64,000 nucleotides of DNA, taken from positions 631 to 64,630 of the forward strand of contig JADBYQ010000010.1 of NCBI GenBank assembly GCA_020402945.1, given 5' to 3'. The notes under the pieces were generated by a model. That model had not been told where the DNA came from and did no database searches. It worked only from the letters and a program-made list of their open reading frames with translations. Each line of letters starts with the position of its first letter. Position 1 is the first letter of the stretch. Position numbers and translations under genes: made by a program. Below are positions 1-9,909 of the stretch, piece after piece. The stretch comes from Cytophagales bacterium. Its GTDB lineage: Bacteria > Bacteroidota > Bacteroidia > Cytophagales > Cyclobacteriaceae.

Positions 1-1628
1 TTCAGACCACCACCATATGTACCGATCCAAAGCGAGCCTGAGCGGTCTTGAAAGATTGAAGCTACAACATCGTTGCTAAGGCTCTTCGGATTATTTGGAT
101 TGTTGGTGAAATGCTCAAAAGTTTTGGCTTTGGGTTCAAATTTGTTGAGGCCTCCAGCTGTACCAATCCAAAGCTCGCCTAAACGGTCTTCATAAATTAA
201 GGAGACGTTATTGTTGCTCAGGCTATGCGGATTCTGGGGGTTGTTGGTAAAATGTTCAAAAGTTTTGGTTCTTGGGTCAAATTTGTTCAGTCCGCCATTA
301 TATGTGCCAACCCAAAGCGAGCCTGAACGGTCTTGATAGATTGAAACCACCGTATTACTACTGAGGCTATTGGGGTTCTTTGGGTCATTGGTGAAATGTT
401 CAAAAGACTTATTTGCAGGGTCAAATTTGTTCAGTCCGCCATCATATGTGCCAATCCAAAGCAAGGCTGAAGGGTCTTGATAGATTGAAACCACCATATT
501 ACCACTAAGGCTATTGCGATTCTTTGGGTCATTGGTAATATGATCAAAGGATTTTTTAACTAGGTCAAACTTATTCAGCCCACCAAAATAGGTACCCACC
601 CAAAGCGATTCTGAGCGGTCTTGATAGATTGTCCTGACGGAATTATTGCTAAGACTCTTTGGGTTTTTGGGGTCGCTGGTAAAATGTTCAAACGTTTTGG
701 TTGAAGGATCAAATTTGCTCAGTCCGCCCCCATCACTGCCTACCCAAAGCGAGCCTGAGCGGTCTCCATAAATGGAGGAAACGATATTATTACCAAGACT
801 ATTTGGGTTCTTGGGGTCGTTGATAAAATGTTCGAACAGTTGGGTTTTAGGATCAAACTTGTTAAGCCCACCTTGTGTGCCAATCCAAATTGAACCTGCA
901 CGGTCTTGGCTAATTGCCTTGATGTTGTTATTGCTAAGGCTCTTGGAGTTTTTGGGGTCGCTTTTGAAACACTCAAAGGATTTTGTTGCAGGGTCAAACT
1001 TGTTTAGCCCACCGCCATCTGTACCAACCCAAAGCGAACCTGAGCGGTCTTGATAGATTGTCCTGACGGAATTATTGCTAAGACTCTTTGGGTTCTTGGG
1101 GTCGCTGGTAAAATGTTCAAACGTTTTGGTTGAAGGATCAAATTTGCTCAGTCCGCCCCCATCACTGCCAACCCAAAGCGAGCCCGAGCGGTCTTGATAG
1201 ATTGCCCTGACGTAGTTGTTGCTAAGGCTCTGGGGTTTTTTAGGGTCGTTGGTGAAATGTTCAAAGGATTTGGTTGTGGGGTTGAATTTATTCAGCCCTC
1301 CGCCAAACGTGCCTATCCAGAGCGAGCCAGAGCGGTCTTCAAATAGGGAATAAATAGGGTAGCCGCTGATAGAGGTGCTATCCATGGCATCATTTCGGAA
1401 AACGGTAAAGCGGTAGCCATCATAGCAGTTTAGCCCATCATCAGTTCCGATCCAGATGTAGCCTTGCCGGTCTTGCAAAACGCTATGGGCTGAACTTTGA
1501 GACAGCCCTTGCTCCTGTGATAGGTGCTCGAAGCGGATGTCCTGATGCGCTTGTTGGCTAAATGTTTGTTGAGCAGTAAGCGCAAGCCAAATTAAAACGT
1601 AAAAGAGCAGCGCACGGCATTTATTCAT
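1..1628 (-). CDS. Two-component-regulator propeller (ligand-binding sensor) protein, N-terminal part; runs off the window edge
   Basis: Not in the ORF track. Manual translation from ATG at 1628 gives MNKCRALLFYVLIWLALTAQQTFSQQAHQDIRFEHLSQEQGLSQSSAHSVLQDRQGYIWIGTDDGLNCYDGY, then about 10 repeats of FEHFTxDPKxPxSLSNNxVxxIYQDRSGSLWVGTxGGGLxKFDP. No stop before position 1. Confidence 0.9.
   Translation of the reverse strand, partial: MNKCRALLFYVLIWLALTAQQTFSQQAHQDIRFEHLSQEQGLSQSSAHSVLQDRQGYIWIGTDDGLNCYDGYRFTVFRNDAMDSTSISGYPIYSLFEDRSGSLWIGTFGGGLNKFNPTTKSFEHFTNDPKKPQSLSNNYVRAIYQDRSGSLWVGSDGGGLSKFDPSTKTFEHFTSDPKNPKSLSNNSVRTIYQDRSGSLWVGTDGGGLNKFDPATKSFECFKSDPKNSKSLSNNNIKAISQDRAGSIWIGTQGGLNKFDPKTQLFEHFINDPKNPNSLGNNIVSSIYGDRSGSLWVGSDGGGLSKFDPSTKTFEHFTSDPKNPKSLSNNSVRTIYQDRSESLWVGTYFGGLNKFDLVKKSFDHITNDPKNRNSLSGNMVVSIYQDPSALLWIGTYDGGLNKFDPANKSFEHFTNDPKNPNSLSSNTVVSIYQDRSGSLWVGTYNGGLNKFDPRTKTFEHFTNNPQNPHSLSNNNVSLIYEDRLGELWIGTAGGLNKFEPKAKTFEHFTNNPNNPKSLSNDVVASIFQDRSGSLWIGTYGGGL
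611..1194 (-). repeat. Near-identical intragenic repeat pair, 611-765 and 1040-1194
   Basis: 152 of 155 nt identical by manual alignment; offset 429 nt (143 codons, three propeller blades). Confidence 0.85.
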
Positions 1629-1755
1629 CGTTGATGGAAATTTTGAGCTACAATATCGGGAATCTTGTTTGTAATTCTCTTAAACCCAAATTAATTTAAA
1701 AGGCGATTCTGTTGTACCTCCCTTGCTTGAGTAACCGCCAACCGATTCAATTTAT

Positions 1756-1974
1756 TTATTTCTCTTCTAACTTTAAATACAGGTTGAACGTGGTCTCTTT
1801 GCCCAACCTGCTCTCGGCCTCTATCCTACCGCCCATGGCCTCCTATTGGGTCTTTACCAAAAAAAGCCCCATCCCCTTGCCCTTTACCTGAAAATGAAAA
1901 CGGGCATATAGGGTGAACAATTTTCCTCCATCTCTTTCCATGTCTATCCCCAAACCATTATCCCAGATTATGCA
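1756..1974 (-). pseudogene. Histidine kinase HATPase_c C-terminal relic; a possible decayed TPR-type N-terminus extends to about 2545
   Basis: Manual translation 1962->1756: DNGLGIDMERDGGKLFTLYARFHFQVKGKGMGLFLVKTQ*EAMGGRIEAESRLGKETTFNLYLKLEEK*. This has the G1 (DNGLG) and G2 (GKGMGL) boxes with an in-frame TAG at 1843-1845 and no intact upstream frame. Confidence 0.8.
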
Positions 1975-2600
1975 TTAGAGAATTCAGTCGTTGATGCTTT
2001 TGCCTTACATAATCGATCAAACAAACAATCCATCCATATTCGTTTTTCTCGAGTAGCTGAGATGTTGAGTGTTGTTTTTCCTGCCTGTTTGGTGATCCAA
2101 CTTCCTTCCCGCCAAAGCGGCATGAATCGTAAGGTACTTAAAGTGACTTGAGCCTTACTTTGAGGTACTATTTCGCTAAACAAACTCATTAGATTGTAGC
2201 CCATTCTGCTGGTATGGAAGGCAGCTTCGGTGACCCAAAAAATTGCCCGTACAAAAACTGTCCAGGCCAAAATCATTTTCAAGTTCTTTGGCCAGGTTTT
2301 CAGCGCTTGCAAAGTCTTTTGTAACTAAGCCATACCTGTTCTGCAGGCACGTTGATATGCTGGACTTGTCCAGACAAGGGTCTAATCGCAGTTATTCATC
2401 CGATCAACTCATTAAGCAGTTTATGACCTGCGTGTAATGTGGTGCTAATAGATTTGAGCATACCGAAGTGCCCCGTCACGATGAAGCCTCAACAATAGAG
2501 ACACTTGTAATGGATGAATTAGTTGTTGCTGGCAAGAGGCCAAATCAATCTAATTCTAAAAGCCTCCGTTGTCTTTTAGGTTTTAGAGGTTTTCGCTAAA

Positions 2601-3749
2601 CTATTTCCCCAGTACTTCTTCCAATTTTTGTTCTAACGCAGCCCCTCTTAAATTCTTCGCAATGATCTTTCCGGTTTTATCCAAAAGAATTGAAAGTGGG
2701 ATAGCGTTGATGTTGTAATCTTTTGCCGCCTGGCATTCAAAGTATTTTAGGTCAGAGACGTGTGTCCAAGTGAGTCCATCCTCCGCTATCGCCTTGACCC
2801 AATCTTCTTTACTGCGATCTAGCGAAACACCATATACCTCAAAGCCCTTGCTTTTGAATCTATTGTAAGCTTTCACCACATTAGGGTTTTCCTGGCGGCA
2901 AGGGCCGCACCATTTTGCCCAAAAGTCAATTAACACATATTTTCCCTGAAGGGAAGAAAGTTTTACAACCTGTCCGGCAGGGTTCGCCAAAGCAATTTCA
3001 GGCGCTTGCTGACCCACCGCTGTGATCTTTATCTTTTCGGTCATCGCGCTTAGCTCTTTTGTAAACCGAGAGGTGGGCCAGGCCTTCTTAAATTTTTCTG
3101 TGGCCGTCAAAAACAGATCTATGTTCTTGTCTTTGTCAATTAAGTTGGGGTCTTGAAGTAAATTGAATAACGCCAGAGACGCAGGCTGTTGCGCCAAAAA
3201 CGCTGCCAACGATTTGGCATTTCTTTCGATAATCTTCACAGCACCCGCTCGTAGTTCCGCCACCTTTGCTTCGTTTTTTGCCGCTACTGCTTTTTCAAAC
3301 TCTGCTTGGAGTGCCATCATCTCTGCACCGCCTTGTGATTCGCCCATCATTCGCTGCACTGTGTTGATCAACTCGTGATCGGGTGAGCCCTTAATTTCCA
3401 CAAACCCTTGCTGGTTATTGCCATCTACATTGAGTTCTACGTTACTTCGATTCAACATTACATTAACCGCTTGCCTTCCAAAAAAATTAATATTGTAAAA
3501 GCCCGGTTCGGTTAAGCGCACTGTTTTGGCGAAAGTATAGTCTTTTCTCAACGTAATGGTATCACGTCTTCCAGAGCCATTCTGCACAATCTCCTGTATG
3601 GAAATTGGCCCTTGCTGGGGAAAACCCACTTTACCCGACAATACAATTGTCCACCCCGAATCGACAGCTTCTGCTTTTTTCTCGGGGGCGCAGTTTGTTA
3701 AAATTAACGCGAATAGGAAGTTAAACACGATCATAGTTTTTGTTTTCAT
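2601..3749 (-). CDS. TlpA-family thiol-disulfide oxidoreductase lipoprotein (DUF4369-like N-terminus plus AhpC/TSA redoxin domain)
   Basis: Lipoprotein-type signal; C-terminal IDFWAKWCGPCRQENP motif. Confidence 0.9.
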   Translation of the reverse strand: MKTKTMIVFNFLFALILTNCAPEKKAEAVDSGWTIVLSGKVGFPQQGPISIQEIVQNGSGRRDTITLRKDYTFAKTVRLTEPGFYNINFFGRQAVNVMLNRSNVELNVDGNNQQGFVEIKGSPDHELINTVQRMMGESQGGAEMMALQAEFEKAVAAKNEAKVAELRAGAVKIIERNAKSLAAFLAQQPASLALFNLLQDPNLIDKDKNIDLFLTATEKFKKAWPTSRFTKELSAMTEKIKITAVGQQAPEIALANPAGQVVKLSSLQGKYVLIDFWAKWCGPCRQENPNVVKAYNRFKSKGFEVYGVSLDRSKEDWVKAIAEDGLTWTHVSDLKYFECQAAKDYNINAIPLSILLDKTGKIIAKNLRGAALEQKLEEVLGK

Positions 3750-3766
3750 TCTTTTATCTCGATACT

Positions 3767-5224
3767 TTATTTATTAAGTTCTTGAACAATCAAATCTGTT
3801 GCCAGTTTTGGATCGGCTTTTCCTTTACTGCGTTTCATCACTTCTCCCATAAACATAGTTACAATTGCTTTCTTTCCTTTTTTATACTCATCAACCTTCT
3901 GCGGAAACGCGGCAATGACATCTTTAACGATGGGCAGGATGGAATCCATACTGCTGTCTTGCACTAAATTTAGTTCCTCGGCAAGCAGGGCTGCTGAATG
4001 GCTAGGTTTTTCAATTAAAGAAGGAAACAATTTTTGAGCCGCTACAGCAAAACTTAACTTTCCATCGTCAATCAACTGAATCATTTCGGCAACCTTGTTT
4101 GCCTCCAACGGAAACGCAGCTATTTCCAAATTCGTTTCGTTGAGGTACGATTTTATTGGACCCATCAACCAATTGGAAGCCGCTTTGTAGTTCTTCGTGT
4201 GGCTACACATCTGTTCAAAATAGGAAGCCAACTCTTTGGTTTCTGTAATGACATGCGCATCGTATGACGGAAGGTGATAGTTTGTAATTAACTTTTGATA
4301 CAACTCCTTTGGCAGAGTCGGCATAGAAGATTTAATGCGATCGAGCCATTCGTCTGATATTTCCAGCGGGCTGACGTCTGGATCCGGGAAATAGCGATAG
4401 TCATTTAGTTCTTCTTTTGTCCGCATGCTATAGGTCTTTCCATCAGCGGCATTGAACGTGCGTGTTTCAGAAATTACCAACTCACCTCGTTCCAGCAAAG
4501 TAGTCTGACGTTCTATCTCAAAATCAATTGCATGCTGCACGTTGCGAATTGAGTTCATGTTTTTAACCTCGACCTTTTTACCCAACACGGTTGCATCCTT
4601 CGGCATCATCGAAACATTCGCATCGCAACGCAACGACCCCTCTTCCATGTTTCCATCACAAATTTCCAGGTACCGTACCAGCTTTCGGATTTCAGCCATT
4701 AACGCCCCTGCATCTTCCGATGATTCAATCACAGGCTCTGTCACAATTTCTATCAAAGCAGTACCGGCTCGGTTAAAGTCGAGCAGCGTATCTGTTTCAC
4801 CTTCCAAGTGAATTGACTTGCCTGCGTCTTCTTCCAGATGAATTCGATTTAGAATAATATCTTTTTCAGCTCCGTCTTTTGTTGTGATCGTGACGAAACC
4901 ACCCACACAAATAGGAGTCCGATCTTGCGTAAGCTGGTAGCCTTTTGGTAGATCTGGATAGAAATAATTCTTACGATCGAAGATTTGAAATCTCGAAATC
5001 CTGGAGTGACAAGCCAAACCCATTTTAATGGCGTGTTCGACAGCCTTCTTATTCAATTTGGGCAACGTGCCGGGGTGCGCCAATGTAATGACACCCACGT
5101 TCGTATTGGGCGCACTGCCGTATTCGGCTAAATCTGAATTGAAGATTTTGCTATTCGTTAATAGTTGAGCATGGACTTCAAGACCGATGACTACTTTGTA
5201 TTTATTTTGCGATAGCGAACTCAC
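3767..5224 (-). CDS. gatB: Asp-tRNA(Asn)/Glu-tRNA(Gln) amidotransferase subunit B
   Basis: VIGLEVHAQL, RKNYFYPDLPKGYQ, RIHLEEDAGKS, EEGSLRCDANVS and YRYFPDPD motifs. Confidence 0.97.
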   Translation of the reverse strand: MSSLSQNKYKVVIGLEVHAQLLTNSKIFNSDLAEYGSAPNTNVGVITLAHPGTLPKLNKKAVEHAIKMGLACHSRISRFQIFDRKNYFYPDLPKGYQLTQDRTPICVGGFVTITTKDGAEKDIILNRIHLEEDAGKSIHLEGETDTLLDFNRAGTALIEIVTEPVIESSEDAGALMAEIRKLVRYLEICDGNMEEGSLRCDANVSMMPKDATVLGKKVEVKNMNSIRNVQHAIDFEIERQTTLLERGELVISETRTFNAADGKTYSMRTKEELNDYRYFPDPDVSPLEISDEWLDRIKSSMPTLPKELYQKLITNYHLPSYDAHVITETKELASYFEQMCSHTKNYKAASNWLMGPIKSYLNETNLEIAAFPLEANKVAEMIQLIDDGKLSFAVAAQKLFPSLIEKPSHSAALLAEELNLVQDSSMDSILPIVKDVIAAFPQKVDEYKKGKKAIVTMFMGEVMKRSKGKADPKLATDLIVQELNK

Positions 5225-7851
5225 TAATTCAACAATTCTTTGGCTTTCACTAAAACGCGATCCAACCCATTACTATTTTTCCCTCCGGCCGTAGCAAAAA
5301 AGGGTTGCCCTCCCCCACCGCCATCAATTTCCTTGGCCAGTTCTTTTACCATATTTCCAGCATGATACTTTTTTGTTGCTTCTAGCTTTTCACCAATCAT
5401 CACAGCAACCTGCGGTTTACCTTCAATGTCAGCAGCAAGTATCATTAACAGATCGTCAAATTGATTGCGCAGTGCATAGGCGATATTTTTTAAGGCATCC
5501 GCATTGGGCACACTCACTCGCTCCAATACCAGCGTGCAACCATTGGATTTTACAGCTTTAGTGGCAAGTATATCTTTCAGCGTATTGGCTTGTTGTTGGT
5601 AAATGATTTCCAATTTTTTTTCAAGGCCGTGCTTTTCGTCTACCAACGCTTGAATAGACGCAACGACATCTTTCGGGTTTTTGAGTTGTGCTTTGATCTG
5701 CCCCATCTCGTTGTAAAAACTGTTCAGGTATTCAAATGCTCCATCTGCTGTAACGGCTTCAATTCTGCGAACACCGGCAGCCACCGAACTCTCGGAAACA
5801 ATTTTTAGCAATCCGATATTTCCTGTGGCCTTCACATGAGTACCTCCACAAAGCTCGACCGAGAATTTCGGGTCAAATGTTATCACTCTAACAAACTCTC
5901 CGTATTTCTCACCAAACAATGCCATTGCGCCAAGCGACTTTGCTTTTTCAATGGGCACATTTCGTTGTTCATTCAACTGAATGTTCTCTCTGATTTTTTC
6001 ATTGACGATGGTTTCTACTCTCGAAACTTCTTCGCTTGTCATGGCTCCAAAATGAGAGAAATCAAAACGCAAGATCTTGTCATTCACCAAAGAACCTTTT
6101 TGCTCCACGTGCTTTCCTAGTACTTCTCGCAGTGCAGCATGAAGTAAATGCGTGGCCGAGTGATTAGCCATGGAAAGCCTGCGCTGATGAACATTTACTT
6201 TGGCTTGAACTACTCCTTCTAAATTGGCAGGAAGTTTCTCCACCCAGTGAACGATCAGATCATTCTCTTTCTTGGTATCAACGACTGTAATTTTTTCCTC
6301 TCCTATTTCCAGTGTACCTGTATCTCCCACCTGGCCTCCGCTCTCTGCATAGAATGGAGTTTTATCTAGCACCAACTGAAATAACTCTTTATTCTTTTGT
6401 TTTACTTTTCGGTAGCGTAAAATTTTTGACGTTGAAGTCAATTCATCGTATCCAATAAATTCTGGCCTGCCTGCCTGACCGGCAGGCAGGTCGCCTTCCA
6501 ACACCACCACCCAGTCTCCGGTTTCTTTGGCTGCATCGGCTTTCGAACGTGTTTTTTGTTTGGCCATTTCTTCAATGAACCCTTTTTCATCCACCAAAAA
6601 ACCACGTTCTCGCGCGATGAGCGAAGTTAGATCGAATGGAAAGCCGAAGGTATCATACAGTTCAAAAGCTTGCTCTCCAGAAATTGTCTTGTCAAAATTC
6701 TCAATCCGTTTCAAACCTTTTTCCAGTGTTCTCAAAAAAGAAATCTCTTCTTCATGCACAACCTTACTCACATACTCTAGTTGTTGGTGCAACTCCGGAA
6801 ACACATCTTTAAGCTGCAGCGCCAGCAAAGGCACCAAGCGATGGATGAATGGTTCTTTAAAATTCAAATAAGAAAATCCATAGCGCACTGCTCTCCTCAA
6901 AATTCTTCTGATCACATAGCCCGCACCTGTATTACTCGGCAACTGCCCATCGGAAATCGCAAAGGATACAGCACGAATATGATCGGCTATTACCCGGATC
7001 GCAATATCTGTTTTGATATTGTCTCCATATTTCACATTGGCATTGATGGCTATGAAATCAATCAACGGACTAAATACATCGGTATCATAGTTTGATGTCT
7101 TGGCCTGAATGGCCATGCACAACCGTTCGAAGCCCATTCCGGTATCTACATGTTTATCCGGCAGTGGCACCAAAGCACCAGAAGCTAGCCGGTTAAATTG
7201 TATGAACACCAAATTCCAAATCTCCACAACTTGCGGATGATCGCTATTGACTAAATCGCGACCTGCTTTCTTCATTCTTTCTTCCTCTGAACGAAGATCA
7301 ATGTGAATCTCTGAGCACGGGCCACATGGGCCGCTTTCGCCCATCTCCCAAAAATTGTCCTTTTTATTACCGTGGAGAATGCGATCCTCTTGTACAAAAC
7401 TGCGCCATAGGTCTTTGGCTTCTTCGTCCACGGGAAGGTTATCTCCTTTGTCGCCACCAAAAACGGTTACATACAACCTGTCTTTTGGCAGTCCATAGAC
7501 TTCCGTCAATAGCTCCCATGCCCAACTGATTGCCTCCTTCTTAAAGTAATCACCAAAGCTCCAGTTGCCAAGCATTTCGAACATGGTGTGGTGGTAGGTG
7601 TCCAGCCCCACATCTTCCAGGTCATTGTGCTTTCCGCTTACCCTAAGGCACTTTTGTGTGTCGGCTACACGTCTGTTAGTCGAAACTGAATTGCCCAAAA
7701 AGTAGTCCTTAAACTGTACCATGCCCGAGTTGGTAAACAGCAGCGAAGGGTCATTTTTAAGCACTAAAGGGGCAGAAGGAACGATTTTATGGCCTTTACT
7801 TTCAAAGAAATCCAGAAATTTTTGGCGGACGATTGCCGATGTCATATGCAT
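5224..7851 (-). CDS. alaS: Alanine--tRNA ligase
   Basis: LLFTNSGMVQFK, HHTMFEMLGNWSFGDYFK, TPFYAESGGQVGD, NHSATHLLH, ELCGGTHV and GGGGGQPFFA motifs; stop overlaps the gatB GTG start. Confidence 0.98.
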   Translation of the reverse strand: MHMTSAIVRQKFLDFFESKGHKIVPSAPLVLKNDPSLLFTNSGMVQFKDYFLGNSVSTNRRVADTQKCLRVSGKHNDLEDVGLDTYHHTMFEMLGNWSFGDYFKKEAISWAWELLTEVYGLPKDRLYVTVFGGDKGDNLPVDEEAKDLWRSFVQEDRILHGNKKDNFWEMGESGPCGPCSEIHIDLRSEEERMKKAGRDLVNSDHPQVVEIWNLVFIQFNRLASGALVPLPDKHVDTGMGFERLCMAIQAKTSNYDTDVFSPLIDFIAINANVKYGDNIKTDIAIRVIADHIRAVSFAISDGQLPSNTGAGYVIRRILRRAVRYGFSYLNFKEPFIHRLVPLLALQLKDVFPELHQQLEYVSKVVHEEEISFLRTLEKGLKRIENFDKTISGEQAFELYDTFGFPFDLTSLIARERGFLVDEKGFIEEMAKQKTRSKADAAKETGDWVVVLEGDLPAGQAGRPEFIGYDELTSTSKILRYRKVKQKNKELFQLVLDKTPFYAESGGQVGDTGTLEIGEEKITVVDTKKENDLIVHWVEKLPANLEGVVQAKVNVHQRRLSMANHSATHLLHAALREVLGKHVEQKGSLVNDKILRFDFSHFGAMTSEEVSRVETIVNEKIRENIQLNEQRNVPIEKAKSLGAMALFGEKYGEFVRVITFDPKFSVELCGGTHVKATGNIGLLKIVSESSVAAGVRRIEAVTADGAFEYLNSFYNEMGQIKAQLKNPKDVVASIQALVDEKHGLEKKLEIIYQQQANTLKDILATKAVKSNGCTLVLERVSVPNADALKNIAYALRNQFDDLLMILAADIEGKPQVAVMIGEKLEATKKYHAGNMVKELAKEIDGGGGGQPFFATAGGKNSNGLDRVLVKAKELLN
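6466..6490. repeat. Short palindromic element inside alaS (CCTGCCTGCC-TGACC-GGCAGGCAGG)
   Basis: Perfect 10 bp inverted repeat with a 5 nt loop; read in frame as part of EGD-LPAGQAG-RPEF. Confidence 0.8.
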
Positions 7852-7967
7852 TTGGTCAAATTAAACTTTTGATAAAGAGGACATTTTGCCTACTTTTATG
7901 AGTTCACAGTCTTAGAAACGCACAAAATTAACCCATTAGGGTCATTATAAAAGGAATTGAATAAAAG

Positions 7968-8945
7968 TTGGCAATGGCAGAAACAAAATTCAGGTACAAT
8001 CCAAAAACGCTGCGTTACGAAAGGGTTATCCCTTCGATCGTAAGCATCGCGTTTAGAGGATTTGGCTATTTGATCTTTGGCTGTATCTTTTTTGTGGGTT
8101 TAGTGATGCTTCAAAATTTTGTGATTGAAACCCCGCTTGAAAAATCGTTGCGTGCAGAAAACGAGGCTCTTCAACTTCATAAGAAAGTTTTGATGGCGAG
8201 TTTGCAAGAATCTAATGTGGGGATTCAAGCTCTTCGTAAAGAGGAGCAGCAGCTTCATGAAAGACTTTTTGAAACCAAGGTTGTAACTGAAAACGAAACA
8301 GACATCTATAAAAAAGATGAAATATTAACCGCTGAACCTACCCTATTTGCAGAATGGGAAAAATCGGTTCGTAACAACTTCACTTCTGTTTTTAAAAAGG
8401 CACAATTGAGAGATCAGTCATGGGCTCAACAGATTCATATCGACAAAACGAAGTTGAACAAATTAAAGCACCTACCCAGTATTTCGCCTATTCCTGAAAT
8501 TGAAGCAGACAAGTTGGTATCTGGTTTTGGTAAACGAATAAATCCTTTCCATAAGGGAATATATCAACATGATGGAATTGATTTCGCTATGCCTGCCGGA
8601 ACGACTGTTGTCGCTACTGCCCCCGGCACAATTTTACGGGCTAACACCAGCAACCAGGTAGCGGGTTTTGGCAACTATGTTGAAATAGATCATGGAAATG
8701 GAATTATCACGCGGTATGCTCATTTGGCGGACCTTAATGTAAGATATGGTCAATCGGTAGCCAAAGGGCAGAAAATTGGCACCGTTGGATCGAGTGGCGG
8801 CTCGATTGCACCCCACCTTCATTATGAGGTGATACGCGGTGGTGTTAACGTGAACCCTGTTCACTATGTGGTGGGTACTTACTCCAGCACATTTTATAAT
8901 AACCTTGTGCAGGCAAGTGAAAAAAGAAATCAGTCACTGGATTAA
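7968..8945 (+). CDS. M23 family metallopeptidase
   Basis: HDGIDF, YGN-like FGNYVEIDHGNG, TRYAHL and APHLHYEV; N-terminal TM segment and coiled coil. Confidence 0.92.
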   Translation: MAMAETKFRYNPKTLRYERVIPSIVSIAFRGFGYLIFGCIFFVGLVMLQNFVIETPLEKSLRAENEALQLHKKVLMASLQESNVGIQALRKEEQQLHERLFETKVVTENETDIYKKDEILTAEPTLFAEWEKSVRNNFTSVFKKAQLRDQSWAQQIHIDKTKLNKLKHLPSISPIPEIEADKLVSGFGKRINPFHKGIYQHDGIDFAMPAGTTVVATAPGTILRANTSNQVAGFGNYVEIDHGNGIITRYAHLADLNVRYGQSVAKGQKIGTVGSSGGSIAPHLHYEVIRGGVNVNPVHYVVGTYSSTFYNNLVQASEKRNQSLD

Positions 8946-9901
8946 TGACGAAGGTAAAGTATACATATAATCCGGTTACCTGTAAATACGAGCCAATTAT
9001 CGTATGCCCTCGCTTGTTAGGAAAGGCTACGCTACGCTTTCTAGCCGTTTCGTTTGTTATTGGCCTTGCTGGAAGCATTTATTTCCATTTTCAGTATCCG
9101 TATTTGGACGAGACGCTTCAGAGTCAGGAGAATGCCTATCTGAAAGCGGAGTGGAGACTACTTGGAAAACGTTTAAACAACAGTTCGGAGCAATTGAGCG
9201 CACTGGAAAAAAACGATGACCAAAATTTCCGTGTGATACTTGATCTGGATCCTTTGTCACCGTCCCAACGCGAAGCCGGTGTCGGTGGTCGTCCAAAAGA
9301 GAGCGAAACTATCACTTACCCGCTAATCAAATTAGCGTATGATAAGGCGGCAAAAATCAAAAATCGGCTAGATATACAGCGCCAGTCGATTGACCAATTA
9401 AAAACAGAACTTGGGAAAAAAGAGCGCATGTGGGCATCGCGACCTGCCATTCAGCCAATTAATAACAAAGATCTAAAGCAACTTCACACCATTTTTGGTA
9501 TGCGGATGCATCCGATTCTAGGGTATGTTCGCCCTCACAACGGACTTGATTTTACAGCACCGCATGGATCACCAGTGTACGCAACCGGTGACGCAGTGGT
9601 GATGTACACTGGATTTTCAACCTATGGAAATGTTATTTATCTGGATCATGGCTTTGGTTTTGAAACCCGATATGCCCACTTGACCCGCTATATTGTGGAA
9701 CCCGGACAAGTGATCAAAAGAGGTCAGATCATCGGATACGTAGGGAATACCGGTTTATCAGCAGCCCCACATCTTCATTATGAAGTGCACTATAAAAACG
9801 TAGCCATAAACCCGATCAATTTCTTCCAGCGCGATCTCAGCAACAAGGAATATGAAAAACTGATTGAGTTGGGTAGTAAGTCAACTACTTCACTCGATTA
9901 A
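8945..9901 (+). CDS. M23 family metallopeptidase (tandem paralog)
   Basis: HNGLDF, YGNVIYLDHGFG, TRYAHL and APHLHYEV; start overlaps the upstream stop. Confidence 0.92.
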   Translation: MTKVKYTYNPVTCKYEPIIVCPRLLGKATLRFLAVSFVIGLAGSIYFHFQYPYLDETLQSQENAYLKAEWRLLGKRLNNSSEQLSALEKNDDQNFRVILDLDPLSPSQREAGVGGRPKESETITYPLIKLAYDKAAKIKNRLDIQRQSIDQLKTELGKKERMWASRPAIQPINNKDLKQLHTIFGMRMHPILGYVRPHNGLDFTAPHGSPVYATGDAVVMYTGFSTYGNVIYLDHGFGFETRYAHLTRYIVEPGQVIKRGQIIGYVGNTGLSAAPHLHYEVHYKNVAINPINFFQRDLSNKEYEKLIELGSKSTTSLD

Positions 9902-9909
9902 TAAAATCA

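Noticed and set aside
1-1380. Regular ~144 nt repeats as a CRISPR array
   Set aside because: The whole unit repeats with no unique spacers, it keeps one open reading frame encoding propeller blades, and there are no cas genes.
1968-2312. 114 aa ORF as an intact gene
   Set aside because: No clear family; it lies within a region of frame-shifting fragments upstream of the HATPase relic and is better treated as pseudogene debris.
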